This document shows, piece by piece, positions 17,660 through 27,510 of a stretch of 50,337 nt of DNA. This DNA comes from a virus. Its lineage: Duplodnaviria > Caudoviricetes. The stretch covers positions 1-50,337 of the IMG/VR virus record IMGVR_UViG_3300030376_000179; one strand, written 5' to 3'. The position numbers and the translations under genes are program-made. The notes under the pieces are model-generated. The model ran no database searches. It worked only from the letters and a program-made list of their open reading frames with translations, and had not been told where the DNA came from. Numbering within the stretch: position 1 is the stretch's first letter; each line of letters starts with the position of its first letter.

Positions 17660-20248
17660 ATGGCAGATAAAAAACCAATCAGAGCAGTCTTTAACGATAG
17701 TAACGTAGCAACAGGTCTTGCTGAGTTTCAATCAGGCGATACAGTACCTCTAGCACATGGTGGTATTGGTGCGGCATTATCAATAGGTAGTGCAGGTCAG
17801 GTACTAAAAGTAAACTCAGGCGCTAGTGCGTTAGAGTTTGGTAATGTAGAAGCAATCGTAAATATTGACGGTGCAACGAATTTAGAAAGTGCAACATTAG
17901 TCGTAGGTGATAAGATATTATTGTCTGATGGTGGTAGTGAAGGTAGAGTTTTACTATCTCAATTAGATACATTATTTTCTGCTACATCTAAAACACTTAC
18001 TAATAAGACATTAACAAACCCTACTATCACGACACCTCAAATGACAACGCCGTCTATTACGTCAGGCAGTTTAATATTTGAAGGTAGTACAGCAGATAGT
18101 TTCGAAACAACTTTAGCAGTCACAGACCCGACAGCAGATAGAACATTAACATTACCTAATGTGACAGGCACAATTGTAACAACTGGTGATACTGGTTCAG
18201 TTACAAATACAATGTTAGCTGGTTCAATTACAAATGCTAAATTAGCAGGTTCTATTACAAATGCAAAATTAAGTAATTCATCAATCACAGTTTCAGACGG
18301 TTCTAATACAAGTGCTGTATCATTAGGTGGCACATTAACTTTTGCTGGTACAACAAACGAAACAACTGTTGCAGAAAGTTCAGGCACAGTTACAGTAGGT
18401 TTAGTAGATAACCCAACGATAGGTGGTAATTTAACAGTCACAGGTAACTTAACTATCAATGGTTCTACAACAACACTATCAACAACTAATTCAACTATTG
18501 AAGATAAACTTATAGAATTAGCAACTGGCACAACTGGTACACCATCAGGTGATGTAGGTATTGTTGGTGAAAGAGGTAGTAGTGCAAATGTCTTTATAGG
18601 TTTTGACGAAAGTGCTGACGAGTTTACAGTAGGTACAGGTACATTTACTGGTGCAACAACTGGCGACTTAACAATTACAAAAGGTACTTTATCAAGTGCA
18701 GGTTTAAGATTATATGATCCATCTGATGGTTCACATTATGTCTCATTAGTATCGCCTAGTATTTCAGGTAATATAAGTTTTGTTTTACCTAATAATGACG
18801 GAGACGCAAATCAATTACTTTCAACAGACGGTTCAGGTAACTTATCATTTATATCAGCAACTGCTGCTTCAGGTGCAGGTCTATCAAATGTTTCAGATGA
18901 TAGTTCGCCAAGTTTAGGCGGTGACTTAGATGTAGAGACAAGTGCTATCGTATCTGCTTCAAATAGAAATATTGCAATCACACCTAACGGTTCAGGTGTT
19001 GTAAGATTAGATGGTAACGTAGATATACAAAGTGGTTCTATATCACTTAAAAATAGTGGCTCACAATCAGTCATAGATTTTTATTGTGAAAGTGGTAATG
19101 CACACTATGCTCGATTACAAGCACCGGCACACTCAGCATTTTCAGGTAATATAACTTTAACATTACCAGCAACTACTGACACATTAGTAGGTAAAACAAC
19201 AACTGACACTTTAACAAATAAGACATTAACAAGTCCTACAATTAATTCACCAACAATCAATAGTCCAACTATTGTATTTGAAGGTAGTACGGCAGATAGT
19301 TTTGAAACAACAATTGCTGTAACGGATCCTACAGCAGATAGAACAATTACTTTACCTAACGTATCAGGTACAGTTATCACAACAGGTAACTTATCAGAGG
19401 TTACATCAGCAGGTATCTTCTCACAAAACATTGTATTTGAAGGTAGTACAGCAAACAGTTTTGAAACAACTCTTGCAATTACAGATCCAACCGCTGATCG
19501 TACTGTAACAATACCAAATGCAACTGACACACTAGTAGGTAAAGCAACAACAGATACACTAACAAATAAATCTATTAATATTGCAAACAATACCCTAACA
19601 GGTACACTTGCACAATTTAATACAGCAGTTTCAAATGCAACACTAGTATCAACATCAGGCTCAGAAACACTTACAAACAAATCTATTGATTTAGCAAACA
19701 ACACACTAACAGGTTCAGTATCAGAATTTAATAGTGCATTACAAAGTGATAGTTTTGCAACCCTAGCAGGTTCTAACACATTAACAAATAAAACACTTAC
19801 AAGTCCTAATATAGGTACTGCTCTTAATTTAATAGAAGACGCAACTATTATATTTGAAGGTGCAACTAACGATAGTTTTGAAACAACTTTAACAGTAGTA
19901 GACCCAACAGCAGATAGAACAATATCTTTACCTAATGCAACTGATACATTAGTAGGTAAGGCAACTACTGATACTTTAACAAACAAAAGTATTGATAGTG
20001 ATAATAATACAATTACAAATATCGTAAATGCAGACATCAAATCTAGTGCCGCAATCGCATTTAGTAAGATGGAAAATCTTACAAATTCAAGAGCATTAGT
20101 CTCAGATGGTAGTGGTGATGTATCTGTAAGTGCGGTTACATCTACTGAAATAGGACATTTAGATGGTGTTTCAGATAATATTCAAACACAATTAGACACA
20201 AAAGCAACCTCATCCTTTGCAATCGCACAAGCGATAGCATTAGGATAG
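17660..20248 (+). CDS. repetitive fibre protein at the wac/fibritin position
   Basis: Four FEGxTxxSFETTxxxxDPTADRT repeats and many TLTNK repeats; directly upstream of gp13. Confidence 0.65.
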   Translation: MADKKPIRAVFNDSNVATGLAEFQSGDTVPLAHGGIGAALSIGSAGQVLKVNSGASALEFGNVEAIVNIDGATNLESATLVVGDKILLSDGGSEGRVLLSQLDTLFSATSKTLTNKTLTNPTITTPQMTTPSITSGSLIFEGSTADSFETTLAVTDPTADRTLTLPNVTGTIVTTGDTGSVTNTMLAGSITNAKLAGSITNAKLSNSSITVSDGSNTSAVSLGGTLTFAGTTNETTVAESSGTVTVGLVDNPTIGGNLTVTGNLTINGSTTTLSTTNSTIEDKLIELATGTTGTPSGDVGIVGERGSSANVFIGFDESADEFTVGTGTFTGATTGDLTITKGTLSSAGLRLYDPSDGSHYVSLVSPSISGNISFVLPNNDGDANQLLSTDGSGNLSFISATAASGAGLSNVSDDSSPSLGGDLDVETSAIVSASNRNIAITPNGSGVVRLDGNVDIQSGSISLKNSGSQSVIDFYCESGNAHYARLQAPAHSAFSGNITLTLPATTDTLVGKTTTDTLTNKTLTSPTINSPTINSPTIVFEGSTADSFETTIAVTDPTADRTITLPNVSGTVITTGNLSEVTSAGIFSQNIVFEGSTANSFETTLAITDPTADRTVTIPNATDTLVGKATTDTLTNKSINIANNTLTGTLAQFNTAVSNATLVSTSGSETLTNKSIDLANNTLTGSVSEFNSALQSDSFATLAGSNTLTNKTLTSPNIGTALNLIEDATIIFEGATNDSFETTLTVVDPTADRTISLPNATDTLVGKATTDTLTNKSIDSDNNTITNIVNADIKSSAAIAFSKMENLTNSRALVSDGSGDVSVSAVTSTEIGHLDGVSDNIQTQLDTKATSSFAIAQAIALG

Positions 20249-20256
20249 TATAAATA
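20249..20256 (+). promoter_or_regulatory. T4-type late promoter
   Basis: TATAAATA upstream of gp13. Confidence 0.7.
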
Positions 20257-20275
20257 GTCTAATAAGGACTATAAC

Positions 20276-21103
20276 ATGGCACAGAATAACCCGATTACAA
20301 CAAGAGAAACACTCAAACAGTATGCCCTACGAGCATTGGGTAAACCTGTTATTGAGATAAATGTCGAAGACGATCAAGTAGAAGATAGAATTGACGAGGC
20401 ATTACAATACTTCGCACAATATCACTATGACGGTACAGAAAGAATGTATCTTAAATATCAAATTACAGCAGATGATATCACAAGAGCAAGATCAGACGAA
20501 ACATTATCAACCGTAACAGATACAGCAGATAGTACAGTTTCAGCAACTTTCAAAGAAGGTAAAAATTATATACCTATGCCTTCTAATGTTATGTCAGTAA
20601 TAAAACTATTTCCGTTTACAGATAAGGCTGCATTAAATTTATTTGATGTAAGATATCAGTTAAGATTAAACGACCTGTATGATTTTTCATCTACAAGTAT
20701 TATACATTATGATATGACATTAAGACATTTAGATTTATTAGATCATATATTAGTAGGTGAAAGACCATTAAGATTTAATCAACATAAAAACAGATTGTAC
20801 ATAGATATGGACTGGCAACATGATGTTAAAGCAGGAGATTTTATTGTAATTGAATGTTATCGTAAGTTAGATGGTTCTACTTTTACAGATGTATTTGATG
20901 ATATCTTTTTAAAAAAATATCTAATACAACTAGTTAAAAGACAATGGGGTTCAAACCTTATCAAGTTTCAAGGTGTTGCAATGTTAGGCGGTGTGCAAAT
21001 GAATGGCGAACAAATTTACACACAAGCATTAGATGAGATTACAAAATTAGAAGAACAAATACAACTCTCTTATGAGTTACCACCTAACTATATGGTAGGA
21101 TAG
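20276..21103 (+). CDS. gp13: neck protein gp13
   Basis: LRALGKPVIEINV...YHYDG...KRQWGSNLIKF.G motifs; synteny. Confidence 0.9.
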   Translation: MAQNNPITTRETLKQYALRALGKPVIEINVEDDQVEDRIDEALQYFAQYHYDGTERMYLKYQITADDITRARSDETLSTVTDTADSTVSATFKEGKNYIPMPSNVMSVIKLFPFTDKAALNLFDVRYQLRLNDLYDFSSTSIIHYDMTLRHLDLLDHILVGERPLRFNQHKNRLYIDMDWQHDVKAGDFIVIECYRKLDGSTFTDVFDDIFLKKYLIQLVKRQWGSNLIKFQGVAMLGGVQMNGEQIYTQALDEITKLEEQIQLSYELPPNYMVG

Positions 21104-21107
21104 TGCT

Positions 21108-21974
21108 ATGCGAAATACTTATTTCAGTCATGGTACACATGCAGAAAAAAATCTATACGAAGATTTAATCATAGAACAATTAAAAGTTTTTGGTAATGAT
21201 GTCTATTATATGCCAAGAGAGAATATATCGCAAGATGATATATTAGGAAACACTACAGATAAATTTACTGACGCATACTCTATTGAAATGTATGTAGAAG
21301 ATGTAAATGGTTTTGCAGGACAAGGTGACTTAATAGGTAAGTTTGGGCTTGAGATAAGAGACGAATTAACTTTTGTTGTTTCAAGAAGACAATTCGAAAT
21401 ATTAGTAGATAATGATTCCAATACATTGTCAATAAACAGACCTAGAGAAGGTGACATTATATGGATGCCTTTATTCAAAAAGTTTTGGCAAGTAGATTAT
21501 GTTGAAGATGAGGATCCAATGTATCAGATTAATGATCTGCCTATCTTCAAACTTAAATGTTCTGCTTGGGAATACAGTTCAGAAAGTGTTGATACTGGTG
21601 TACTTGATATTGATGAAAAACTAGACGCTATAACACAAGATGTTTTAGAAAATCAAATTACTCTAGAAAGTGGCACAACAAGTTCAGGTGCATTACTATC
21701 AGAAAATATCGCAGGTGATGTTAATGCTCTGTTATCAGAAGCAGGTGATACTATCGTTGACGAAACTGATGGTGATAATATGATACTTGAAGATGACCCT
21801 AACTATCTAGAATATATAATACTTGAGGATGCCGTAACAGAAAACTTGGCGTCTGATACAAACTACGGTGATAACAAATCGTTTGACACAGCAGCAGGAT
21901 TAGATGACTTTGATTCAGATAATGATATATTTGATTTCTCAGAAAGAAATCCTTTTGGTGATGTAAGAAAATAG
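21108..21974 (+). CDS. gp14: neck protein gp14
   Basis: DVYYMPRE...KFGLEIRDE...RPREGDII motifs; synteny. Confidence 0.9.
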   Translation: MRNTYFSHGTHAEKNLYEDLIIEQLKVFGNDVYYMPRENISQDDILGNTTDKFTDAYSIEMYVEDVNGFAGQGDLIGKFGLEIRDELTFVVSRRQFEILVDNDSNTLSINRPREGDIIWMPLFKKFWQVDYVEDEDPMYQINDLPIFKLKCSAWEYSSESVDTGVLDIDEKLDAITQDVLENQITLESGTTSSGALLSENIAGDVNALLSEAGDTIVDETDGDNMILEDDPNYLEYIILEDAVTENLASDTNYGDNKSFDTAAGLDDFDSDNDIFDFSERNPFGDVRK

Positions 21975-21984
21975 GAGATAAAGA

Positions 21985-22803
21985 ATGTTTAAGGATGCTC
22001 AATACCATGAATTGATAAGAAAGACCGTTGTTGCGTTTGGTACTTTATTCAATGATCTATACGTTTATCGTAAAAACAGTTCAGGTAAAACAATACAAAA
22101 AATGAAAGTACCTTTGGCGTATGGACCAAAACAAAAGTTCTTAGTAAGAATAGAACAAGACTCAGCACGATCTGCTGACAATCCTGCAGCAACTGCTTTA
22201 ACTTTACCTAGAATAGGATTTGAAATGACTACACTACAATATGATCCTACAAGAAAGTTAAATAGGATGCAAAAATTTAAAAAAGTAAAAGGTGCAGATA
22301 GTAAATCATTACAACATGCTTATATGCCTGTACCGTACAATGTAGGTTTTAGTTTATTTGCAATGGCAAAAAATAGTGAAGACGCATTACAGATTGTCGA
22401 ACAAATATTACCTACCTTTCAACCAGATTATACAGTTACACTAAATGTAATACCTACTCTTGATATTGTAAGAGACGTACCTATTATATTAAATGATGTA
22501 TCATATGAAGATACATATGAGGGTACTTTTGTAGAGAGACGTGCTATTATGTACACTCTAAACTTTACAGCAAAGATTTATCTATATGGTCCTGTTACTA
22601 ATCAAAAGATTATTAAGAGAGTACAAGTTGATCAATATACAGATACAAATACAACTGTAGCAAAAAGAGAACAAAGAATTGTTGTTTCACCTACACCTAC
22701 AACGGCAGACGCTGATGATAACTTTGGGTTCAATGAAGAACGTTCTTTCTTTCAAGACGCCGCTGAGTATGATCCTGTAACTGGTACTGACAAAGATAGT
22801 TAA
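21985..22803 (+). CDS. gp15: tail sheath stabiliser/terminator gp15
   Basis: FGTLFND...KVPLAYGPKQKF...LPRIGFE...QIVEQILPTFQP motifs. Confidence 0.9.
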   Translation: MFKDAQYHELIRKTVVAFGTLFNDLYVYRKNSSGKTIQKMKVPLAYGPKQKFLVRIEQDSARSADNPAATALTLPRIGFEMTTLQYDPTRKLNRMQKFKKVKGADSKSLQHAYMPVPYNVGFSLFAMAKNSEDALQIVEQILPTFQPDYTVTLNVIPTLDIVRDVPIILNDVSYEDTYEGTFVERRAIMYTLNFTAKIYLYGPVTNQKIIKRVQVDQYTDTNTTVAKREQRIVVSPTPTTADADDNFGFNEERSFFQDAAEYDPVTGTDKDS

Positions 22804-23204
22804 TGAAAAAGGTTGAGGATAAACTCAACGAAATTTTAGATATTACACCTAAAGTTGAAGTTGAAAAAGTATCGCCGGTAATACCTAGGCCTAGAGAAGA
22901 CCAAGATATTACTAACGACTATAAGTACAGTAGAGAAAATTTGTACAATCTTGTCGAAAGAGGACAAGACGCCATAGACGGTATATTAACACTTGCGAAA
23001 GAGACTGAGCATCCTAGAACATATGAAGTCGCAGGTCAATTAATAAAAAACGTAGGTGAAGTCACAGAGAAACTTTTACAGTTACAAGAGAAGATGAAGA
23101 AGTTAGGTGAAGAAACTAAAAAAGGTCCTAATAAAGTGGAAAACAATTTGTTTGTAGGTTCAACAGCAGAGTTACAGAAACTAATTAAGAAAAATGGAAA
23201 ATAA
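22803..23204 (+). CDS. gp16: terminase small subunit gp16
   Basis: DYKYSRENL...EHPRTYEV...FVGSTAEL motifs. Confidence 0.9.
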   Translation: MKKVEDKLNEILDITPKVEVEKVSPVIPRPREDQDITNDYKYSRENLYNLVERGQDAIDGILTLAKETEHPRTYEVAGQLIKNVGEVTEKLLQLQEKMKKLGEETKKGPNKVENNLFVGSTAELQKLIKKNGK

Positions 23205-24828
23205 AACTTATCTAGGTAATCCTAATCTAAAGGCAGCAAATCAGAAAACTAAATTTACAAAAAAACAAGTTGAAGAATTTATACGTTGTCAAGATAATCC
23301 TGTTTACTTTATAGAAAACTATTTACAGATAGTAACACTTGATCATGGTTTACAACCATTCAAGATGTTTAACTTTCAAAAAGAAATGGTAGATACATTT
23401 CATAATAATCGTTTTAGTATTTGTAAACTACCTAGACAGTCAGGCAAATCAACAACAATTATTGCATACTTATTACACTATGCGATATTTAATTCTAACG
23501 TTAACATTGCAATACTTGCCAACAAGGCAGCAATTGCTCGTGACTTATTAGGTCGATTACAACTTGCATATGAAAACTTACCTAAGTTTATACAACAAGG
23601 TGTTATCAACTGGAATAAAGGTAGTTTAGAATTAGAGAACGGTAGTAGAATACTTGCAGCCGCAACATCATCAAGTGCTGTTCGTGGTGGTTCATATAAT
23701 ATTATATTCTTAGACGAGTTCGCATATGTACCTAATAATATTGCAGAACAATTTTTTAGTTCAGTTTATCCTACTATATCATCAGGTAAAAGTTCTAAGG
23801 TAATGATTGTATCTACACCTCATGGTATGAATATGTTTTATAAGTTATGGAATGACGCACAACATAAAAGAAATAGTTACATACCTATTGACGTGCATTG
23901 GTCAGAGGTGCCTGGTAGAGATGAGAAATGGAAAGAAGAAACAATAAAGAATACAAGTGAGGCACAGTTTAGAACAGAGTTTGATTGTGAGTTTTTAGGT
24001 AGTGTCGATACACTTATTAATAGTTCTAAGTTAAGAGTAATGTCGCACATTAATCCTGAAACATCAAATGCAGGACTAGACATGTATGAAAAACCAAGTA
24101 AAGATAAAAGATATGTAATAACAGTTGATGTTGCAAGAGGAACAGTAAATGACAATTCAGCATTTGTTGTTGTTGACGCAACACACATACCATATAAGAT
24201 TGTAGCAAAGTATAAAAATAATGAAATCAAACCTCTTATTTTTCCTCAGATAATACACAAGATCGCAACAGCTTATAATAATGCAGAAATACTAGTAGAA
24301 GTAAATGATATAGGTGGTCAAGTTGCAGATACTTTACAATACGATTTAGAATATGACAATCTTATCATGGTCAATCAACGAGGCAGATCAGGACAAGTCG
24401 CAGGTACAGGTTTTAGTGGTAAGAGTTCTCAGTTAGGATTAAGAACAACAAAGGCAGTAAAGAAAATAGGTTGTTCTAATTTAAAAGCAATGATAGAACA
24501 CGATAAACTAATCATACAAGATTTTGATATCATTGCAGAGTTATCAACTTACATATTAAAGGGTAAAGACAAATACGAAGCAGAAGAAGGTTCTCATGAT
24601 GATTTAGTGGCATGTTTAGTTATGTTTGCATGGTTATCAAATCAGACTTACTTTAAAGAATTAACAGATCAAGATATACGATCTAGACTTGTAGATGAAC
24701 AACAGAATATGTTAGAACAAGATATGGCACCTTTTGGATTTATAGAAGATGGATTGCAAAGTGAGGAATCTTATAAAGACCCATACGGAACAACATGGAC
24801 TCCTATTTCATACAAGAAAGGTTGGTAA
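23194..24828 (+). CDS. gp17: terminase large subunit gp17
   Basis: Walker A PRQSGKST, Walker B IIFLDEFA, VSTPHG, nuclease DVARG and HDDLV motifs. Confidence 0.95.
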   Translation: MENKTYLGNPNLKAANQKTKFTKKQVEEFIRCQDNPVYFIENYLQIVTLDHGLQPFKMFNFQKEMVDTFHNNRFSICKLPRQSGKSTTIIAYLLHYAIFNSNVNIAILANKAAIARDLLGRLQLAYENLPKFIQQGVINWNKGSLELENGSRILAAATSSSAVRGGSYNIIFLDEFAYVPNNIAEQFFSSVYPTISSGKSSKVMIVSTPHGMNMFYKLWNDAQHKRNSYIPIDVHWSEVPGRDEKWKEETIKNTSEAQFRTEFDCEFLGSVDTLINSSKLRVMSHINPETSNAGLDMYEKPSKDKRYVITVDVARGTVNDNSAFVVVDATHIPYKIVAKYKNNEIKPLIFPQIIHKIATAYNNAEILVEVNDIGGQVADTLQYDLEYDNLIMVNQRGRSGQVAGTGFSGKSSQLGLRTTKAVKKIGCSNLKAMIEHDKLIIQDFDIIAELSTYILKGKDKYEAEEGSHDDLVACLVMFAWLSNQTYFKELTDQDIRSRLVDEQQNMLEQDMAPFGFIEDGLQSEESYKDPYGTTWTPISYKKGW

Positions 24829-24897
24829 AACTTGATTTTCATAAATAGTTTTATAATTTTTAATATTAAAATTTAAACACTCAAAAGGAGAAACAAG

Positions 24898-26910
24898 ATG
24901 GCTTTTTTAGTATCACCGGGCGTTCTGGTTACGGAAAAGGATCTCACTAACGTAATACCGGCAGTATCAACTTCAATTGGTGCTATTGGTGTCGTTGCTG
25001 AGAAAGGGCCAATGGATGAAATCACTACGATTTCAAGTGAAGACGAATATGTTAGAGTTTTTGGGAAACCAGATGCTAACACTTTCGAATATTTTTTTAG
25101 TGCAACCAACTTTTTACAGTACGGAAATGCTCTTCGAGTGGTCAGAGCGGTAACTGGCAATCTTAATGCTGCCTCAGGCGGTACAGGAATACAGATTAAA
25201 AACACAACTGATTACTTAGACAATTACGGAACCGGTCAGGCCTCAGTAGGGTCATGGGCGGCAAGAGAAGCAGGAACAGCAGGTAATAACCTGAAAGTCT
25301 CTATGTGTACAAACTCAACAGCTTATCAAAGTTTACTAGGCGGTAGTAATTTAGTCAATGACGCAACAGCGGAAATTGGCGATACTACAATAACAGTAGA
25401 CGCAGGTACAGGTGTACAAGTTGGTGACATATTAGAGTTTGGAGATATAAGTGGTAACTTTACTGCTGCTCCATCAGGCAATTACTACAAAGTAACTGCT
25501 ATCGCAACACATGTTTTATCAATATCAAGATTTGATCCTGCAACAGGTAAAACTACAACAGGTGGATTAAGACATGCAGTAGCGAACAATGCACATGTTA
25601 GAAGACATTGGGAATATTATTTCAATTTTTCTAACGCACCATCAACTACTGATAATGCAGCAGCGGCAGGTGCTTCAAATGACGAATTACACATTGCTGT
25701 TATAGATGAAGATGGTGGTATCACAGGTACTGCTGGTTCAATTCTAGAAACATTTGAAGGTGTATCTCAAGCTTCAGACGCAAAAGACGCTTCAGGTAAT
25801 TCAAACTTTTATGTAGATGTACTGTACAGAGATAGTCAGTTTATTTACTGGATGGATCATGAATCATCTTTAGCAAACGCAGGGTCACCTAAGTTAAATG
25901 CAACTACTAAAGCGGCAGTAGCATTTGATAATGAAGGCACTGCTGCTTTAACTGTGTTCAAAGCAAGTCTATCAGGTGGAACAGACGACAACGCTCCAAC
26001 TTTAGGCGAAATGGCACTTGCATATGACAAGTTCAATGATGTAGAGACTGTTGATATCAATTTCTTAATCGCAGGTCCTTCACAAGGTGGTGGATCAACA
26101 GCTGCAGACGCAACTGGAGACACTCACGCAACTAAAGTGATTGACATTGCAGAAGCAAGAAAAGATGTTGTAGCATTTATCTCACCTGCAAGAGCAGACA
26201 CAGTAAATGTATCAGATCCAATATCACAAACAGCAAACGTAAAAGCATTTGCAGATGGTTTACCATCAAGTTCTTATGCTGTTATCGATAGTGGTTATAA
26301 GTATATGTACGACAAATACAATGACGTATATAGATATGTACCATTATGTGGTGACATTGCTGGTCTTTGTGCAAGAACAGACACAGTAGCAGACCCTCAC
26401 TTCTCACCTGCTGGTTTCAGTAGAGGACAAATTAGAGGCGCTGTTAAACTTGCGTTCAACCCTAACCAGACACAACGAGACGACTTGTATAAAGCAAGAG
26501 TAAATCCTGTTGTAACATTCCCTGGTCAAGGTACTGTTCTATTTGGAGATAAGACGGCACAATCAAAACCTAGTGCTTTTGACAGAATTAATGTTAGAAG
26601 ACTGTTTATCACTATGGAGAAAGCAATATCTACTGCTTCTAAATTTCAACTCTTTGAGTTCAATGATGAATTTACAAGAGCACAATTTAGAAATCTAGTA
26701 GAACCTTTCCTAAGAGATATACAAGGTAGAAGAGGTATAACAGACTTCTCAGTTGTTTGTGACGAAACTAATAACACAGGTGAAGTAATTGATAGAAACG
26801 AATTTGTTGCAGACATTTTTGTCAAACCAAATCGTTCAATCAACTTCATCAAACTCAACTTCATTGCGACACGTTCAGGCGTAGCGTTTAGTGAAGTTGC
26901 AGGCGCATAG
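24898..26910 (+). CDS. gp18: tail sheath protein gp18
   Basis: SPGV..TEKD N-terminus; FSPAG..RG and FDRINVRRLF motifs; CATAAATA at 24840. Confidence 0.95.
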   Translation: MAFLVSPGVLVTEKDLTNVIPAVSTSIGAIGVVAEKGPMDEITTISSEDEYVRVFGKPDANTFEYFFSATNFLQYGNALRVVRAVTGNLNAASGGTGIQIKNTTDYLDNYGTGQASVGSWAAREAGTAGNNLKVSMCTNSTAYQSLLGGSNLVNDATAEIGDTTITVDAGTGVQVGDILEFGDISGNFTAAPSGNYYKVTAIATHVLSISRFDPATGKTTTGGLRHAVANNAHVRRHWEYYFNFSNAPSTTDNAAAAGASNDELHIAVIDEDGGITGTAGSILETFEGVSQASDAKDASGNSNFYVDVLYRDSQFIYWMDHESSLANAGSPKLNATTKAAVAFDNEGTAALTVFKASLSGGTDDNAPTLGEMALAYDKFNDVETVDINFLIAGPSQGGGSTAADATGDTHATKVIDIAEARKDVVAFISPARADTVNVSDPISQTANVKAFADGLPSSSYAVIDSGYKYMYDKYNDVYRYVPLCGDIAGLCARTDTVADPHFSPAGFSRGQIRGAVKLAFNPNQTQRDDLYKARVNPVVTFPGQGTVLFGDKTAQSKPSAFDRINVRRLFITMEKAISTASKFQLFEFNDEFTRAQFRNLVEPFLRDIQGRRGITDFSVVCDETNNTGEVIDRNEFVADIFVKPNRSINFIKLNFIATRSGVAFSEVAGA

Positions 26911-26926
26911 AGAGAGGAGATAGAAA

Positions 26927-27454
26927 ATGGCTAATATATCAGATTTCGTATCGAAACTCAAAGGCGGAGGTGCAAGAGCAAACCAGTTTAAGGTAACTTT
27001 ACCTTTTCCAGGTTTTGCTGCTGTAGGTGGTGAAACAGAAAGCATGGCTTTCTTATGTTCTGCTACTCAACTTCCGGCGTCAACAATAGGTGAAATCACT
27101 ATTCCTTTCAGAGGTAGAAATATCTATATGGCAGGTGATAGAGAGTTTGCAGAGTGGACAACTACAATCATTAACGATACTGACTTTAGTATCAGAAATG
27201 CAATTGAAAGATGGTCAAATGGAATTAACAATCATTCAGACAATGAAGGTTTAGTAAATCCAGTAGATTATCAAGTTGACGCTTTTGTAGATCACTTAGA
27301 TAGAAACGGAAACACAATCAAGTCTTACACCTTTAGAGGTATGTTCCCTAAATCATTAGACGCAATTGAACTAACTTACGCTCCGGCGACTGAGTTAGAA
27401 CAGTTCGCATGTACATGGAGATATCAATATTGGGAAAGTAACACTACAACATAA
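26927..27454 (+). CDS. gp19: tail tube protein gp19
   Basis: GGARANQF...PFRGR...GDREF..WTTTIIND motifs. Confidence 0.92.
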   Translation: MANISDFVSKLKGGGARANQFKVTLPFPGFAAVGGETESMAFLCSATQLPASTIGEITIPFRGRNIYMAGDREFAEWTTTIINDTDFSIRNAIERWSNGINNHSDNEGLVNPVDYQVDAFVDHLDRNGNTIKSYTFRGMFPKSLDAIELTYAPATELEQFACTWRYQYWESNTTT

Positions 27455-27459
27455 AGTTG

Positions 27460-27490
27460 AAAAAGGGGGTCTTTCGAGACCCCCTATATA
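27460..27490. terminator. GC-rich hairpin / intrinsic terminator
   Basis: GGGGGTCT-TTCG-AGACCCCC with an A-run on the left, giving a U-tail on the minus strand. Confidence 0.7.
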
Positions 27491-27510
27491 GTATAAAGGA
27501 GTAAAAAGTA

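Noticed and set aside
18037-20040. Long minus-strand ORFs (164, 87 and 311 aa)
   Set aside because: Antisense shadows of the Thr-rich repetitive fibre gene, with no RBS or motifs. The same applies to the other minus-strand ORFs in the track.
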